Source: Lachnospiraceae bacterium
GTDB taxonomy: Bacteria > Bacillota > Clostridia > Lachnospirales > Lachnospiraceae
Assembly: GCA_045615825.1 (NCBI GenBank)
Contig: JAZLFL010000128.1
Location: 1-33,056 of the forward strand
Length of the DNA stretch: 33,056 bases
Reading direction: 5' to 3'
Shown: positions 1 through 10,206 of the stretch, in pieces
How the letters are laid out: every line of letters begins with the position of its first letter
Numbering within the stretch: the first letter of the stretch is position 1
Program-made: the position numbers and the translations under genes
The notes under the pieces: model-generated
The model's input: only the letters and a program-made list of their open reading frames with translations
Database searches by the model: none
What the model was told of the DNA's origin: nothing

Positions 1-180
1 TTTATTATTATTATTATTTTTTAGTAGTCTTATTATTAATATCTGTGATTAAGTGGATATCCCCTTTAAAGCCTGTAGATATCTTATTTTTTATTAATTA
101 AAAGTGTGTATAATTAATAATTTTATTAAAAATGATGTTCATAACATTAATAGAAATGTTCATAAAATTAATAAGGTATT
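1..180. other. oriC part downstream of dnaA (probable dnaA-dnaN side): DnaA boxes, DnaA-trio-like element and AT-rich unwinding region
   Basis: TGTGTATAA at 105-113 is a perfect TTWTNCACA on minus. TGTTCATAA at 136-144 and 157-165 and TGTGATTAA at 44-52 have 1 mismatch each. TAG TAG TCT TAT TAT TAA at 22-39 is followed by (TTA)n toward the window edge. Confidence 0.75.
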
Positions 181-1557
181 TTACTGGTTATTAATCCTGT
201 CTATTAATGCTTCAATTTTTTCTTTAAATTCTCTGTTATTTTTCATTTCGCTATCGATTTTATTAGAACCATACATTACTGTTGTATGATCTTTTCTATT
301 TAAAATCTTAGCTAATTCTTCTAATGAAATATCTAAGAGTCTTCTGCATATATACATACAAATCTGTCTTGGTAATACATATTCAGCATTTCTCTTAGAA
401 GAAATAATGTCATTGTAGCTAACATTAAATTCATTAGCTGTAGCTTCAATGATTATTTCAGGAGTTATAATCTTATTTTCATCAGATTTAATTAAATCCT
501 TAAGATATTTCTCTACAAGATCAAGTGTTAAATAATTAATAGAATCATTTTTAATGCTGTCAATTTTATACTGAGCAACAATTCTGTTTAATGCTCCTTC
601 TAATTCTCTAATATTTGATTTGATGTTATTAGCAATGTACTGGAATATATCATCACTAACCTTTATATCAAGGTTATCAGCATTCTTTTTAAGAATTGCC
701 ATTCTTGTCTCATAATCTGGAGCCTGAATATCAGCAATAAGACCCATTTCAAATCGACTTCTGAATCGCACATCTAAAGTTTCCATTTCCTTAGGTGGCT
801 TATCAGAAGAGAGTATTATCTGTTTTCCAACATCATGTAATGCATTGAATGTGTGGAAAAATTCTTCCTGAGTTCTTTCCTTACCAATAATGAACTGAAC
901 ATCATCGACCATAAGAACATCTACTGTTCTATATTTGTCTCTTAATCTGTTCATTGTTGCGTCGTTACCACTTCTAATTGATTCAATTACTTCATTAGTA
1001 AATGTCTCAGAAGTAACATAGAGAACTTTCATTCCAGGATTATGTTCTAATATATAATGACCAATTGAATGCATTAAGTGAGTCTTACCAAGACCTGGTC
1101 CTCCATATAAAAATAAAGGATTGAATGCATTACCTGGAGATTCAGCAACTGCAACTGATGCAGAATGTGCCAAATCATTATTACGTCCAACTACGAAAGT
1201 ATTGAATTTATACTTAGGATTCAGATTAGCTGTTGAATAGTTAATATTGTAGGTTGGAGCATTATCAATGTTATTAGTTTCTTCATTATTATTAATGTTC
1301 TTTTCCAGGATGAATTTAACATCATAATAATCATTCATCATTTCAGATATTGTTACCTGAAAGAAATCTTTATACTTATCACTGATATAGTTAAGTGCAT
1401 GTGACTGATTAGATGGAATAAGTATACTTACAACCTTATCATTTTCATCATGGAACTTAAGTGGAAGAATCCATGTATCAAAGGAAATCTGAGATAGGTC
1501 ATATTCAGTCTTTATATTCTCTTTAATTTCGTCCCAGCGTGCTTTAATTTCGCTCAT
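181..1557 (-). CDS. dnaA: Chromosomal replication initiator DnaA (~458 aa)
   Basis: NPLFLYGGPGLGKTHL (Walker A), VLMVDDVQF (Walker B), RSRF, NIRELEGAL and domain IV RKDHTTVMY. ATG at 1557 with AAAGGA 7 nt upstream is preferred over the track's TTG at 1605. Confidence 0.98.
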   Translation of the reverse strand: MSEIKARWDEIKENIKTEYDLSQISFDTWILPLKFHDENDKVVSILIPSNQSHALNYISDKYKDFFQVTISEMMNDYYDVKFILEKNINNNEETNNIDNAPTYNINYSTANLNPKYKFNTFVVGRNNDLAHSASVAVAESPGNAFNPLFLYGGPGLGKTHLMHSIGHYILEHNPGMKVLYVTSETFTNEVIESIRSGNDATMNRLRDKYRTVDVLMVDDVQFIIGKERTQEEFFHTFNALHDVGKQIILSSDKPPKEMETLDVRFRSRFEMGLIADIQAPDYETRMAILKKNADNLDIKVSDDIFQYIANNIKSNIRELEGALNRIVAQYKIDSIKNDSINYLTLDLVEKYLKDLIKSDENKIITPEIIIEATANEFNVSYNDIISSKRNAEYVLPRQICMYICRRLLDISLEELAKILNRKDHTTVMYGSNKIDSEMKNNREFKEKIEALIDRINNQ

Positions 1558-1640
1558 TACGCTATCCTTTTGACATTTTTTGAATAAAAATGAGTAAATG
1601 CCCAAAATCTCCTTATTTAACCATAAAACTAATCTATTCT

Positions 1641-1669
1641 ATCTTACTCTAAATATAGGAAAATTTCAA
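1641..1669 (-). promoter_or_regulatory. Putative sigmaA promoter of dnaA
   Basis: On minus strand: TTGAAA (1669-1664), 17 nt, TAAGAT (1646-1641). Confidence 0.6.
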
Positions 1670-1725
1670 TGAATAATAACTTTGTTTATAGATTATGTAA
1701 ACTAAAATATTATGTATATTAGTTA

Positions 1726-1925
1726 TGTGAATATGTTTATAACAATGTGGATAATTATTTAAATAATGATGATTATTAAAAAGTACGGTTTTAAGCCATT
1801 TATAAAGGTTTTATATTAATTATTATTTATTTATCCACAATGTTTTCCACATGATGTGAATAAGATTATGTAAATTAATAGTTATCCACATTTTTTTGTG
1901 GATTTCAAGATTTTGTGGTGGATAA
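1726..1925. promoter_or_regulatory. DnaA-box cluster (oriC part between dnaA and rpmH)
   Basis: Perfect TTWTNCACA boxes at 1746-1754(-), 1831-1839(+), 1843-1851(+), 1855-1863(-) and 1882-1890(+). One-mismatch boxes at 1726-1734, 1734-1742 and 1917-1925. Very AT-rich, and gene orientation diverges here. Confidence 0.93.
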
Positions 1926-1935
1926 CTATTTTAGA

Positions 1936-1951
1936 CAACTATATCTAGGAA
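1936..1951. promoter_or_regulatory. NrdR-box-like site in the dnaA-rpmH intergenic region
   Basis: CAACTATATCTAGGAA keeps the core C-w-A-t-A-T-n-T-w-G of the NrdR consensus acaCwAtATaTwGtgt, but the flanks match poorly. Confidence 0.35.
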
Positions 1952-2011
1952 TGGCCATTTTATATTATGTTAAACAACCCTGATATTATGAAAACCTTTT
2001 ATTTTACGGAC

Positions 2012-2040
2012 TTGACGAGGTCTATTTCTTCTAATATAAT
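2012..2040 (+). promoter_or_regulatory. sigmaA promoter of the rpmH operon
   Basis: TTGACG (2012-2017), 17 nt, TATAAT (2035-2040). Confidence 0.85.
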
Positions 2041-2085
2041 GACATTTGATTGTTTCCTAGACAGAGGAAAAGGAGGTGTTTGTGT

Positions 2086-2220
2086 ATGAAGATGACATTT
2101 CAGCCTAAGAAGAGACAGAGATCTAAGGTTCATGGCTTCCGTTCAAGAATGAGTACTGCAGGCGGACGTAAGGTTCTTGCAGCTAGAAGAGCAAAGGGAA
2201 GAAAGAAATTATCTGCATAG
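2086..2220 (+). CDS. rpmH: 50S ribosomal protein L34 (44 aa; below the ORF-track cutoff)
   Basis: Translated by hand: [47 protein letters not shown]. Strong SD AAGGAGGT upstream. Confidence 0.98.
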   Translation: MKMTFQPKKRQRSKVHGFRSRMSTAGGRKVLAARRAKGRKKLSA

Positions 2221-2244
2221 GCCGCTATTTAGTGGCCTTTTTTT
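2219..2244 (+). terminator. Terminator-like hairpin between rpmH and rnpA
   Basis: AGGCCGC-tattta-GTGGCCT followed by a T-run. Confidence 0.65.
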
Positions 2245-2270
2245 CACTTTATTTTAAGTAATTAAATATA

Positions 2271-2612
2271 ATGAAAAAAACGGTATCATTAAAAAATTAT
2301 ATAGAATTCCAAAATGTGTACAGAAATTCAAAAAAGTATGCCAATAAATATTTGGTAATGTATGTCAGAGGTAACAATCAGCCTGTTAATCGTCTTGGAT
2401 TATCTATAAGTAAGAAAGTCGGAAATAGTGTGGTTAGACATCATTTAGCCAGATTATTACGCGAAAGTTACAGATTACATGAAGAGGTATTCAGTAGTGG
2501 TCTGGATATTGTAATCGTAGTTAGGCAAAGCGCAGCAGAATGTCGTTACAGAGATATTGAAAGCGCTTTATTACATCTTGCGAAGCTTCATAATATATAT
2601 AAGGAAGATTAA
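2271..2612 (+). CDS. rnpA: Ribonuclease P protein component
   Basis: RLGLSISKKVGNSVVRHHLARLLRE (RNR-like motif); canonical position after rpmH. Confidence 0.96.
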   Translation: MKKTVSLKNYIEFQNVYRNSKKYANKYLVMYVRGNNQPVNRLGLSISKKVGNSVVRHHLARLLRESYRLHEEVFSSGLDIVIVVRQSAAECRYRDIESALLHLAKLHNIYKED

Positions 2613-2654
2613 GCTTTCTTATTTAATGGTTATTATGAAGTAGTTAGTATTTTT

Positions 2655-2864
2655 ATGAAGAATATTATTATTAAGATAATAAAGTTCTATCAAAAGTATT
2701 TATCTCCACTTAAATCTACTAAGTGTCCATATTTTCCATCATGTTCTCAGTACGGATTAGAAGCTGTTGAGAAATATGGTGTTATAAAGGGCGGACTATT
2801 AGCAGTATGGAGAATACTAAGATGTAATCCATTTTCTAAGGGTGGATATGATCCAGTCCCTTAA
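2655..2864 (+). CDS. yidD: Membrane protein insertion efficiency factor YidD
   Basis: [34 protein letters not shown]. Confidence 0.96.
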   Translation: MKNIIIKIIKFYQKYLSPLKSTKCPYFPSCSQYGLEAVEKYGVIKGGLLAVWRILRCNPFSKGGYDPVP

Positions 2865-2887
2865 GGATTATTTAGGAGGATCTTAAT

Positions 2888-4189
2888 TTGGATTTTTCAG
2901 GTATTTTATTAACACAGTATGAAGGTTCAATTCTTGGTCCAGTAGCTAAGCTTCTTGGTTATTTAATGGATGGAATTTTCAATGCTTTATATGCAATTGG
3001 AATTCCTAACATTGGATTAGCAATCATTATTTTTACTATTGTAATTTATATGTTGCTTTTACCTCTTACAATCAAGCAGCAGAAGTTCTCTAAGCTTCAG
3101 GCTAAAATGCAGCCAGAGATACAGGCTATTCAGGCTAAGTATAAGGATAAGAAGGATAACGCTTCTATGGCAGCAATGAACCAGGAGACACAGGCAGTAT
3201 ATGCCAAGTATGGTGTTTCTCCAACTGGTAGCTGCGTTCAGTTAGCAATTCAGATGCCAATTCTTATGGCTCTTTATCGTGTTATCTATGATATCCCAGC
3301 TTACGTTGGTAAGGTTAAGCAGATTTTTGAGCCAATGGCTAATGGCCTTTATACTAATCCTGGTATCAAGGAATTTATTGAAGGATTAACTAACGCTAAT
3401 TATTTCACTAAGCAGTTTAAAAACGAGCTCTATATCAGCAATGATGCTACATATGTTAAGAACGTAATCATCGACAGCTTTAACAGAGCTTCAACTTCTG
3501 AGTGGAATGAGGCAATTAATAAGTTCTCATCAAACAGTGATGCTATTAAGAATGCACTTGCTCAGTTTGAGAAGTTTAATAATTTTTTAGGACTTAATAT
3601 TGCTAACTCACCATCATTTACAATTAAGACAGCACTTGCTGATAAGCAGTACTTATTAATTATTGGTGCATTACTTATTCCATTCTTAGCTGCATTTACA
3701 CAGTGGGTTAATACTAAGTTAATGCCTCAGGCTAGTACAAATAGTGGTAACGCACAGCAGGATCAGATGGCTGCAACAATGAAGAGCATGAATATCATGA
3801 TGCCTTTAATGTCAGCATTTTTCTGTTATACTCTTCCAATTGGTATGGGTATTTACTGGATTGCGGGTGCTGTTATCAGAAGTATTCAGCAGGTTATTAT
3901 CAATAAGCATATTGATAAGATTGATATTGATGAAATTATCAAAAGTAATGCTGGTAAGGCAGAGAAGAAGATTGCAAAGCAGAAGGAACAGGCAGAGAAG
4001 ATGGCCGCTTATGCTAATGTTAATACTCGTAATATGAGTATCTCTGATAAAGCAAAGGCTATTAATAATGCATCAAATGCTTCAGGCGTAGATGCTAAGG
4101 ATGTTACAGCTTCAAAATCTAGTGCTAAGCCAGGTAGTCTCGCATCAAAAGCTAATTTAGTAAGAGACTATAATGAGAGGAAGAATTAA
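2888..4189 (+). CDS. yidC: YidC/Oxa1 membrane protein insertase
   Basis: LLPLTIKQQK, MQPEIQAIQAKYK, GSCVQLAIQMPIL, GMGIYW. TTG start with AGGAGG SD. Confidence 0.96.
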   Translation: MDFSGILLTQYEGSILGPVAKLLGYLMDGIFNALYAIGIPNIGLAIIIFTIVIYMLLLPLTIKQQKFSKLQAKMQPEIQAIQAKYKDKKDNASMAAMNQETQAVYAKYGVSPTGSCVQLAIQMPILMALYRVIYDIPAYVGKVKQIFEPMANGLYTNPGIKEFIEGLTNANYFTKQFKNELYISNDATYVKNVIIDSFNRASTSEWNEAINKFSSNSDAIKNALAQFEKFNNFLGLNIANSPSFTIKTALADKQYLLIIGALLIPFLAAFTQWVNTKLMPQASTNSGNAQQDQMAATMKSMNIMMPLMSAFFCYTLPIGMGIYWIAGAVIRSIQQVIINKHIDKIDIDEIIKSNAGKAEKKIAKQKEQAEKMAAYANVNTRNMSISDKAKAINNASNASGVDAKDVTASKSSAKPGSLASKANLVRDYNERKN

Positions 4190-4812
4190 TGGAATTTCGT
4201 AATTTTAATGCAAAGACTGTTGATGATGCCATCACAGAAGCTTGTAAGGTTTTAGGTGTTACAAGTGATAAGCTTGAATATGAAGTTATCGAAGAAGGCA
4301 GTTCCGGATTTTTAGGAATTGGTTCTAAGGACGCAGTAATTAAGGCTTGTGTTAAGTCATCAGTTACAGATGTTGCTAAGGCATTTCTGAATGATGTATT
4401 CAATGCAATGAATATGACAGTTGTTGTAGCAGTTGAATACAATGCAGAAGAGAAGGAAATGAATATTGATCTCTCAGGAGATGATATGGGAGTTCTTATT
4501 GGTAAGAGAGGACAGACACTTGATTCACTTCAGTATCTTGTTTCTTTAGTAGTTAATAAGGGCAATGACAATTATATCAGAGTGAAGGTTGACACTGAGA
4601 ATTATCGTAAACGTCGTAAAGACACTCTTGAAAACCTTGCTAAAAACATGGCATTTAAGGTTAAGAGAACAAGAAGACCTTTATCTCTTGAGCCAATGAA
4701 CCCATATGAGAGAAGAATTATTCATTCAGCTCTTCAGGGTGATAAGTTCGTAACTACACATTCTGAAGGTGAGGAGCCATACAGACACGTAGTAGTAACA
4801 CTTAAGAAGTAA
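4189..4812 (+). CDS. jag: RNA-binding protein Jag/EloR/KhpB (Jag_N, KH, R3H)
   Basis: AKTVDDAI...GFLGIG, KH motif LIGKRGQTLDSLQ, R3H motif PMNPYERRIIH. TAATG overlap with yidC. Confidence 0.96.
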   Translation: MEFRNFNAKTVDDAITEACKVLGVTSDKLEYEVIEEGSSGFLGIGSKDAVIKACVKSSVTDVAKAFLNDVFNAMNMTVVVAVEYNAEEKEMNIDLSGDDMGVLIGKRGQTLDSLQYLVSLVVNKGNDNYIRVKVDTENYRKRRKDTLENLAKNMAFKVKRTRRPLSLEPMNPYERRIIHSALQGDKFVTTHSEGEEPYRHVVVTLKK

Positions 4813-4816
4813 TGAC

Positions 4817-4843
4817 GAGGGGGATTAAATCCCCCTCATTTTT
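4817..4843 (+). terminator. Terminator-like hairpin between jag and mnmE
   Basis: GAGGGGGAT-taa-ATCCCCCTC followed by ATTTTT. Confidence 0.65.
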
Positions 4844-4848
4844 AATTT

Positions 4849-6243
4849 ATGAACAATACAATTGCAGCAATTGCAACAGCTCTTAGTAATTCTGGTATAT
4901 CAATAATCAGAGTAAGCGGACCTGAAGCAATTAATATCACTAACAAAATATTCATAAGTCCATCCGGTAAATCATTATTTGATCTTGATTCCAATACTAT
5001 TAACTATGGACATATAGTTGATAATAATGAAGTTGTAGATGAGGTAATGGTGTCCATTATGCGTGCACCAAACAGCTATACACGTGAGGACGTCATTGAG
5101 ATTAATACTCATGGTGGCGTGCTTATTACTAAGAAAGTGCTGTCACTTTTACTTAAAAATGGTGCTTCTTTAGCTGAGCCTGGTGAATTCACAAAGCGTG
5201 CATTCCTAAATGGCCGTATTGATCTAAGCCGCGCTGAGGCAATTATGGATTTAATAAGTGCTGAGAATGATTACGCGCTTAAATCCGGAATAAGCCAGCT
5301 AAGAGGTAATGTGGCTGATGCGATTAATGATATACGTGCTAAATTAATCTATGAGATTGCATTCATTGAATCAGCGCTTGATGATCCTGAGCATATAAGT
5401 CTTGATGGATATTATGATGAATTATCCGGTAAAATATCAGCGATTTACGATGAATTAGTAATGCTGTCTAAGAGCGCGGATAATGGTCGTATAGTCAGGG
5501 AAGGTATTAATACTGTAATTCTTGGTAAGCCGAATGCTGGTAAATCTTCGCTTATGAATATATTAATAGGTGAGGACAGGGCAATTGTTACTGATATCGA
5601 GGGTACTACCAGAGATTCCCTTGAGGAAAGTTTAAGAATTGGAAGTGTGTCATTTAGAATTAATGATACAGCCGGAATAAGGGAAACCTCAGATACAGTT
5701 GAAAAGATCGGAGTTGATAGGGCAAAGAATCTTGCAAAGGACGCTGATCTTGTATTATTCGTAGTAGATTCATCAAGAGAACTTGATGATAATGATATGG
5801 ATATTATTAATATGACTGCTGGTAAGAAAATGGTTATATTAATTAATAAGATAGATCTTGAAAATGTAGTTGATAATAATAAGTTATGTAAACTACTTAC
5901 AGATTCAGGTCATGATCATAATGACATTAGATTAGTATCTATCTCTGCCAAGAATAATATTGGTATTGATGATTTAACTAATATTGTGGAGAAGATGTTC
6001 TTAGATGGTGATATCAGTAATTCCAATGAGGTAATGATTACTAATATACGTCATAAGAATCTTATTGATGAAGCTATTAATAGTCTTTCAATGGTTAAGG
6101 ATAGTATATTTAATAATATGCCAGAGGATTTTTTGACTATTGATATCATGAATGCGTATACTAGTCTTGGTGCCATTGTTGGGCAAGAAGTTGATGATGA
6201 TCTTGTTAATGAGATATTCTCAAGATTTTGTATGGGTAAATAA
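4849..6243 (+). CDS. mnmE: tRNA modification GTPase MnmE/TrmE
   Basis: [44 protein letters not shown] and C-terminal FSRFCMGK. Confidence 0.98.
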   Translation: MNNTIAAIATALSNSGISIIRVSGPEAINITNKIFISPSGKSLFDLDSNTINYGHIVDNNEVVDEVMVSIMRAPNSYTREDVIEINTHGGVLITKKVLSLLLKNGASLAEPGEFTKRAFLNGRIDLSRAEAIMDLISAENDYALKSGISQLRGNVADAINDIRAKLIYEIAFIESALDDPEHISLDGYYDELSGKISAIYDELVMLSKSADNGRIVREGINTVILGKPNAGKSSLMNILIGEDRAIVTDIEGTTRDSLEESLRIGSVSFRINDTAGIRETSDTVEKIGVDRAKNLAKDADLVLFVVDSSRELDDNDMDIINMTAGKKMVILINKIDLENVVDNNKLCKLLTDSGHDHNDIRLVSISAKNNIGIDDLTNIVEKMFLDGDISNSNEVMITNIRHKNLIDEAINSLSMVKDSIFNNMPEDFLTIDIMNAYTSLGAIVGQEVDDDLVNEIFSRFCMGK

Positions 6244-6260
6244 TATTATCAGGTAGTTTT

Positions 6261-8204
6261 ATGAATAGTAGAATTCGTGAAAAAGTTGATATATGTGTAA
6301 TTGGTGCTGGTCATGCAGGCTGTGAAGCTGCGCTCGCCTGCGCCAGACTTGGACTTGAGACTGTTATTTTTACAGTAAGTGTTGATAGTATTGCTCTTAT
6401 GCCATGTAATCCTAATATTGGTGGAAGCTCTAAGGGTCATCTTGTAAGAGAGATTGATGCCTTAGGCGGTGAGATGGGTAAGAATATTGATAAGACCTTT
6501 ATTCAGTCCAAGATGCTTAATGTTAGTAAGGGACCTGCAGTTCACTCACTTAGAGCTCAGGCTGATAAGGCTGATTATTCACGTGAAATGCGTAAGGTAT
6601 TGGAGAATCAGGATCATCTTACTATTAAGCAGGGAGAGGTTACTGATATATTAACTGCCGATGATATTGCTCATCTTGATGAATATAACAATGTACTTGA
6701 TTATGAGAAGAATCCTGATAATCAGGTAATTGGCGGAATTAAGATATATACAGGTGCAATATATGAATGTAAGGCAGTAGTTCTTTGTACTGGAACATAC
6801 CTTAATGCGAGATGCTTATGTGGTGAGTCAATCACATATACAGGGCCTAATGGATTACAGGCAGCAACCTATCTCTCTGATTCTTTGAAATCTTTAGGAG
6901 TTAGTCTTAGAAGATTTAAGACTGGAACTCCAGCAAGAATGGATGGAAGATCAATTGATTATTCCAAGATGGAAGAACAGTTCGGGGATAAGAAGATAGT
7001 CCCATTCTCTTTTTCCACTAATCCTGATGATGTACAGATTGATCAGGTATCATGCTGGCTTACATATACTAATGAGGATACTCATAATATTATCAGAGCC
7101 AATCTTGACAGAAGTCCGATATATGCCGGAATTATTGAGGGTACAGGTCCAAGATACTGTCCAAGTATCGAGGATAAGGTTGTTAAATTCGCTGATAAGG
7201 AAAGACATCAGGTATTCTTAGAGCCTGAAGGAATTCATACTAATGAGATGTATGTTGGCGGTATGTCATCTTCTCTTCCAGAGGATGTTCAGCTTGCAAT
7301 GTACAGGACAGTTCCAGGACTTGAGAATTGTAAGATTGTTAAGAATGCATATGCAATCGAATATGACTGTATTGATGCCAACTGCTTATATCCATCACTT
7401 GAGTTTAAAGATATTAAGGGATTATTCGCTGGTGGACAGTTCAATGGAAGCAGCGGATATGAGGAAGCTGCAGCCCAGGGACTTATTGCAGGTATTAATG
7501 CAGCAATGAAAGTACTCGGTAGGGAAGCACTGGTATTAGACAGATCACAGGCTTATATCGGTGTACTTATTGATGATCTTGTTACCAAGCAGTCAAGAGA
7601 GCCATACAGAATGATGACTTCAAGAGCTGAATACAGATTACTGCTTCGTCAGGATAATGCGGATTTAAGACTTCGTGAGATTGGTGCCAGGGTTGGACTT
7701 ATCACAGAGTCGCAGATTAAGGCACTTAATAAGAAGAGAGAGCTTATCAAATCAGAAATAGAGAGATTAAGATCTACTAATGTTGGTGCTAATCCATTCA
7801 TTAATGATTATCTTGTTTCACGTGAAAGCACTCCACTTAAATCAGGAAGTACAATGGCTGAGCTTTTATGCAGACCGGAAGTTGATTATGAAAGTCTAAA
7901 GGTTATTGATACCAAGAGGCCTGATATTCCTGATGATGTGGCCGAGCAGGTTGAGATTGAGATTAAGTACGAGGGATATATTAAGCGTCAGCTCATTCAG
8001 ATTGAACAGTTTAAGAAGATGGAGGGCAAGGTGATTCCTTCAGATATTGATTATGATGATGTTAAGAGTCTTCGTCTTGAGGCAAGACAGAAGTTAAAGG
8101 CTCTTAATCCTGTTAATTTGGGACAGGCATCAAGAATATCCGGTGTATCTCCTGCTGATATTTCTGTGTTGCTGGTATATCTTGAGCATATGAAGAAGAA
8201 TTAA
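6261..8204 (+). CDS. mnmG: tRNA uridine-5-carboxymethylaminomethyl(34) synthesis enzyme MnmG/GidA
   Basis: [61 protein letters not shown]. Confidence 0.98.
   Translation: MNSRIREKVDICVIGAGHAGCEAALACARLGLETVIFTVSVDSIALMPCNPNIGGSSKGHLVREIDALGGEMGKNIDKTFIQSKMLNVSKGPAVHSLRAQADKADYSREMRKVLENQDHLTIKQGEVTDILTADDIAHLDEYNNVLDYEKNPDNQVIGGIKIYTGAIYECKAVVLCTGTYLNARCLCGESITYTGPNGLQAATYLSDSLKSLGVSLRRFKTGTPARMDGRSIDYSKMEEQFGDKKIVPFSFSTNPDDVQIDQVSCWLTYTNEDTHNIIRANLDRSPIYAGIIEGTGPRYCPSIEDKVVKFADKERHQVFLEPEGIHTNEMYVGGMSSSLPEDVQLAMYRTVPGLENCKIVKNAYAIEYDCIDANCLYPSLEFKDIKGLFAGGQFNGSSGYEEAAAQGLIAGINAAMKVLGREALVLDRSQAYIGVLIDDLVTKQSREPYRMMTSRAEYRLLLRQDNADLRLREIGARVGLITESQIKALNKKRELIKSEIERLRSTNVGANPFINDYLVSRESTPLKSGSTMAELLCRPEVDYESLKVIDTKRPDIPDDVAEQVEIEIKYEGYIKRQLIQIEQFKKMEGKVIPSDIDYDDVKSLRLEARQKLKALNPVNLGQASRISGVSPADISVLLVYLEHMKKN
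7814..7829. promoter_or_regulatory. Degenerate parS site inside mnmG
   Basis: TGTTTCACGTGAAAGC matches TGTTTCACGTGAAACA at 14/16 positions. Confidence 0.6.
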
Positions 8205-8206
8205 TT

Positions 8207-8896
8207 ATGGAATTACTTGGTATTGAACTGTCTGAAAGACAGATTGAACAATTTAACAGATACTTTAAGCTTTTGACTGAATGGAACGAGAAGATTAATC
8301 TTACTGCTATTACAGAAGAGTCAGAGGTGTGGAAGAAGCATTTCGAGGATAGTGTTGGAATTATTAGGGCTATGGATGTTAACAGTGTTACAACCATTAT
8401 TGATGTTGGAACAGGTGCGGGCTTTCCAGGTATCCCAATCAAGATTCTTTTTCCTCATATTAAGCTTACCCTACTTGATTCGCTGAATAAGAGGATTAAT
8501 TTCCTTAATCTTGTTATTGATGAGTTGGGGCTTGAAGATGTTAATACAATCCATGGAAGAGCAGAGGATTTTGGTAAGAATCCTGAATATCGTGAGAGGT
8601 ATGATGTCTGTGTGTCCAGGGCAGTTGCCAATCTGTCTACTTTATCAGAGCTCTGTATTCCATTTGTTAAGCCTTCTGGATTCTTCGTATCCTATAAATC
8701 TGAGAAGGCTGATGAGGAACTTGTATCTGCTACCAAAGCCATTAAGGTGTTAGGTGGTGGAGAGGTTAATGTAGTAGATGTGATTTTGCCAGATACAGAT
8801 TTATGTAGAAAACTGATTGTGATTAAGAAATTCTGTAATACTTCTAAGAAGTATCCAAGGAAGGCTGGTACTCCAGGTAAGGATCCAATAGTATGA
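8207..8896 (+). CDS. rsmG: 16S rRNA m7G527 methyltransferase RsmG/GidB
   Basis: NLTAI, KHFEDS, DVGTGAGFPGIP, GRAE, SRAVA, YPRKAGTP. Confidence 0.97.
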   Translation: MELLGIELSERQIEQFNRYFKLLTEWNEKINLTAITEESEVWKKHFEDSVGIIRAMDVNSVTTIIDVGTGAGFPGIPIKILFPHIKLTLLDSLNKRINFLNLVIDELGLEDVNTIHGRAEDFGKNPEYRERYDVCVSRAVANLSTLSELCIPFVKPSGFFVSYKSEKADEELVSATKAIKVLGGGEVNVVDVILPDTDLCRKLIVIKKFCNTSKKYPRKAGTPGKDPIV

Positions 8897-9561
8897 GATT
8901 TAAGTTCGATGAGAATTATTCCAAGGTATATGAGGAGATTAAGGTAGTTGAGGCAGAGAAACGTAAGATTGCCGTTAATCTTCACGATACAACGCTTCAG
9001 AATTTAGCCTTTTTTATTCATAAGCTTGAGTTAACAAAGATTTATATAGATAAAGATCCTGATAAGGCTAAGGATGAGATATCTGGATTAATTAAGAATT
9101 TATCGATGGAAGTTGAAGATGTAAGGAATCATATTGAGTTTTTACGTCCACTGGTTTTTGATGATATTTCCTTTAAGGATACCATGGAGCAGAAAATCGA
9201 TAGAATGGCTGCTGATTTTCCTATAAATTTTAATTATTCTATAGAAAACATTAATATTGAAGTACTGGAAGATAAGATTACTTTATATAGAATTCTGCAG
9301 GAAATAGTTAATAATGCAATAGTACATTCTAAATGTGAGAATATCCGTATTAAGGTTTTTACTGATAATAACAAGGTTTTTATTGATATTTCGGATGATG
9401 GAATTGGATTTGATACCAGTATAAGCTATAATGCTGTTGGTAATCATTTTGGTTTAGTTAGTTTAAGAGACAGAGTTAATTTACTTAATGGTTCAATTAA
9501 TTATGATTCTGTAATTAATGAAGGAACCAGAGTTCATGTAGAGATACCGTATTATGATTAA
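8893..9561 (+). CDS. Cytoplasmic HisKA_3-type histidine kinase with no sensor domain (NarX/DegS class)
   Basis: H-box EKRKIAVNLHDTTLQ, LRP, N-box YRILQEIVNNAIVHS, G1 DDGIGF, G2 HFGL...GT. No TM segment. ATGA overlap with the rsmG stop. Confidence 0.9.
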   Translation: MRFKFDENYSKVYEEIKVVEAEKRKIAVNLHDTTLQNLAFFIHKLELTKIYIDKDPDKAKDEISGLIKNLSMEVEDVRNHIEFLRPLVFDDISFKDTMEQKIDRMAADFPINFNYSIENINIEVLEDKITLYRILQEIVNNAIVHSKCENIRIKVFTDNNKVFIDISDDGIGFDTSISYNAVGNHFGLVSLRDRVNLLNGSINYDSVINEGTRVHVEIPYYD

Positions 9562-10192
9562 TTTAATTATTCTTGATGATCACAAGTTATTAAGAGAAGG
9601 TATTTGTCAGCTTCTTAGTTTAAGTGAAGATATTAATATTGTTGCACAGTATGATAATGGTCTGGATCTGATAGATGGATATAAGCAGTATAGTCCGGAT
9701 GTTATCTGTCTTGATATAAGCCTGCCTGATATTGATGGATTTGAAGTTATTAAGCAGATTCGTAAGACAGACAGAAAAATGAGATTACTTGTTCTTACTG
9801 TGCATAAAGATATTGAATATGTTGATAAGGCTTTCCGCAAAGGTGCTAATGGATATATTCTTAAGGATGCCGGTATTGATGAATTAAAAACAGCGATTAA
9901 GACTGTTGCAAATGGAGATAGATATATTCAGGAAGAGCTGCAGCCATTACTAAGTAATTACTTTGAAAGAAAGGCAGAAGCTAGTGTAGCAGCTGATTCT
10001 CTTACAAAGAGAGAAATTGAAATTCTAAAGATTGTTGCAAGTGGTGGTTCTAATAAGGATATCGCTGATAAATTAAATATTAGCGAAAGAACTGTTAAGA
10101 ATCATTTGTTTAACATATTTAAGAAGATTAATGTTAATGATCGTACTCAGGCAACATTGTTCGCTATCAAAAATAACTTTATTTCAATTTAA
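9554..10192 (+). CDS. NarL/DegU-family response regulator (REC + LuxR HTH)
   Basis: ILDDH, phospho-acceptor Asp in CLDISLPDIDG, GYILK, HTH LTKREIEIL...SNKDIA...ISERTVKNH. Confidence 0.93.
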   Translation: MINLIILDDHKLLREGICQLLSLSEDINIVAQYDNGLDLIDGYKQYSPDVICLDISLPDIDGFEVIKQIRKTDRKMRLLVLTVHKDIEYVDKAFRKGANGYILKDAGIDELKTAIKTVANGDRYIQEELQPLLSNYFERKAEASVAADSLTKREIEILKIVASGGSNKDIADKLNISERTVKNHLFNIFKKINVNDRTQATLFAIKNNFISI

Positions 10193-10206
10193 TAATTTTA
10201 TTGGGA

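Noticed and set aside
104-289. 61-aa plus-strand ORF and the other short overlapping or antisense ORFs in the track
   Set aside because: They overlap well-supported genes or oriC and show no recognisable motifs.
1558-1605. 16-aa N-terminal extension of DnaA from the TTG at 1605
   Set aside because: The SD is only 3 nt from the TTG. The ATG at 1557 has a well-spaced SD and gives a typical domain I start.
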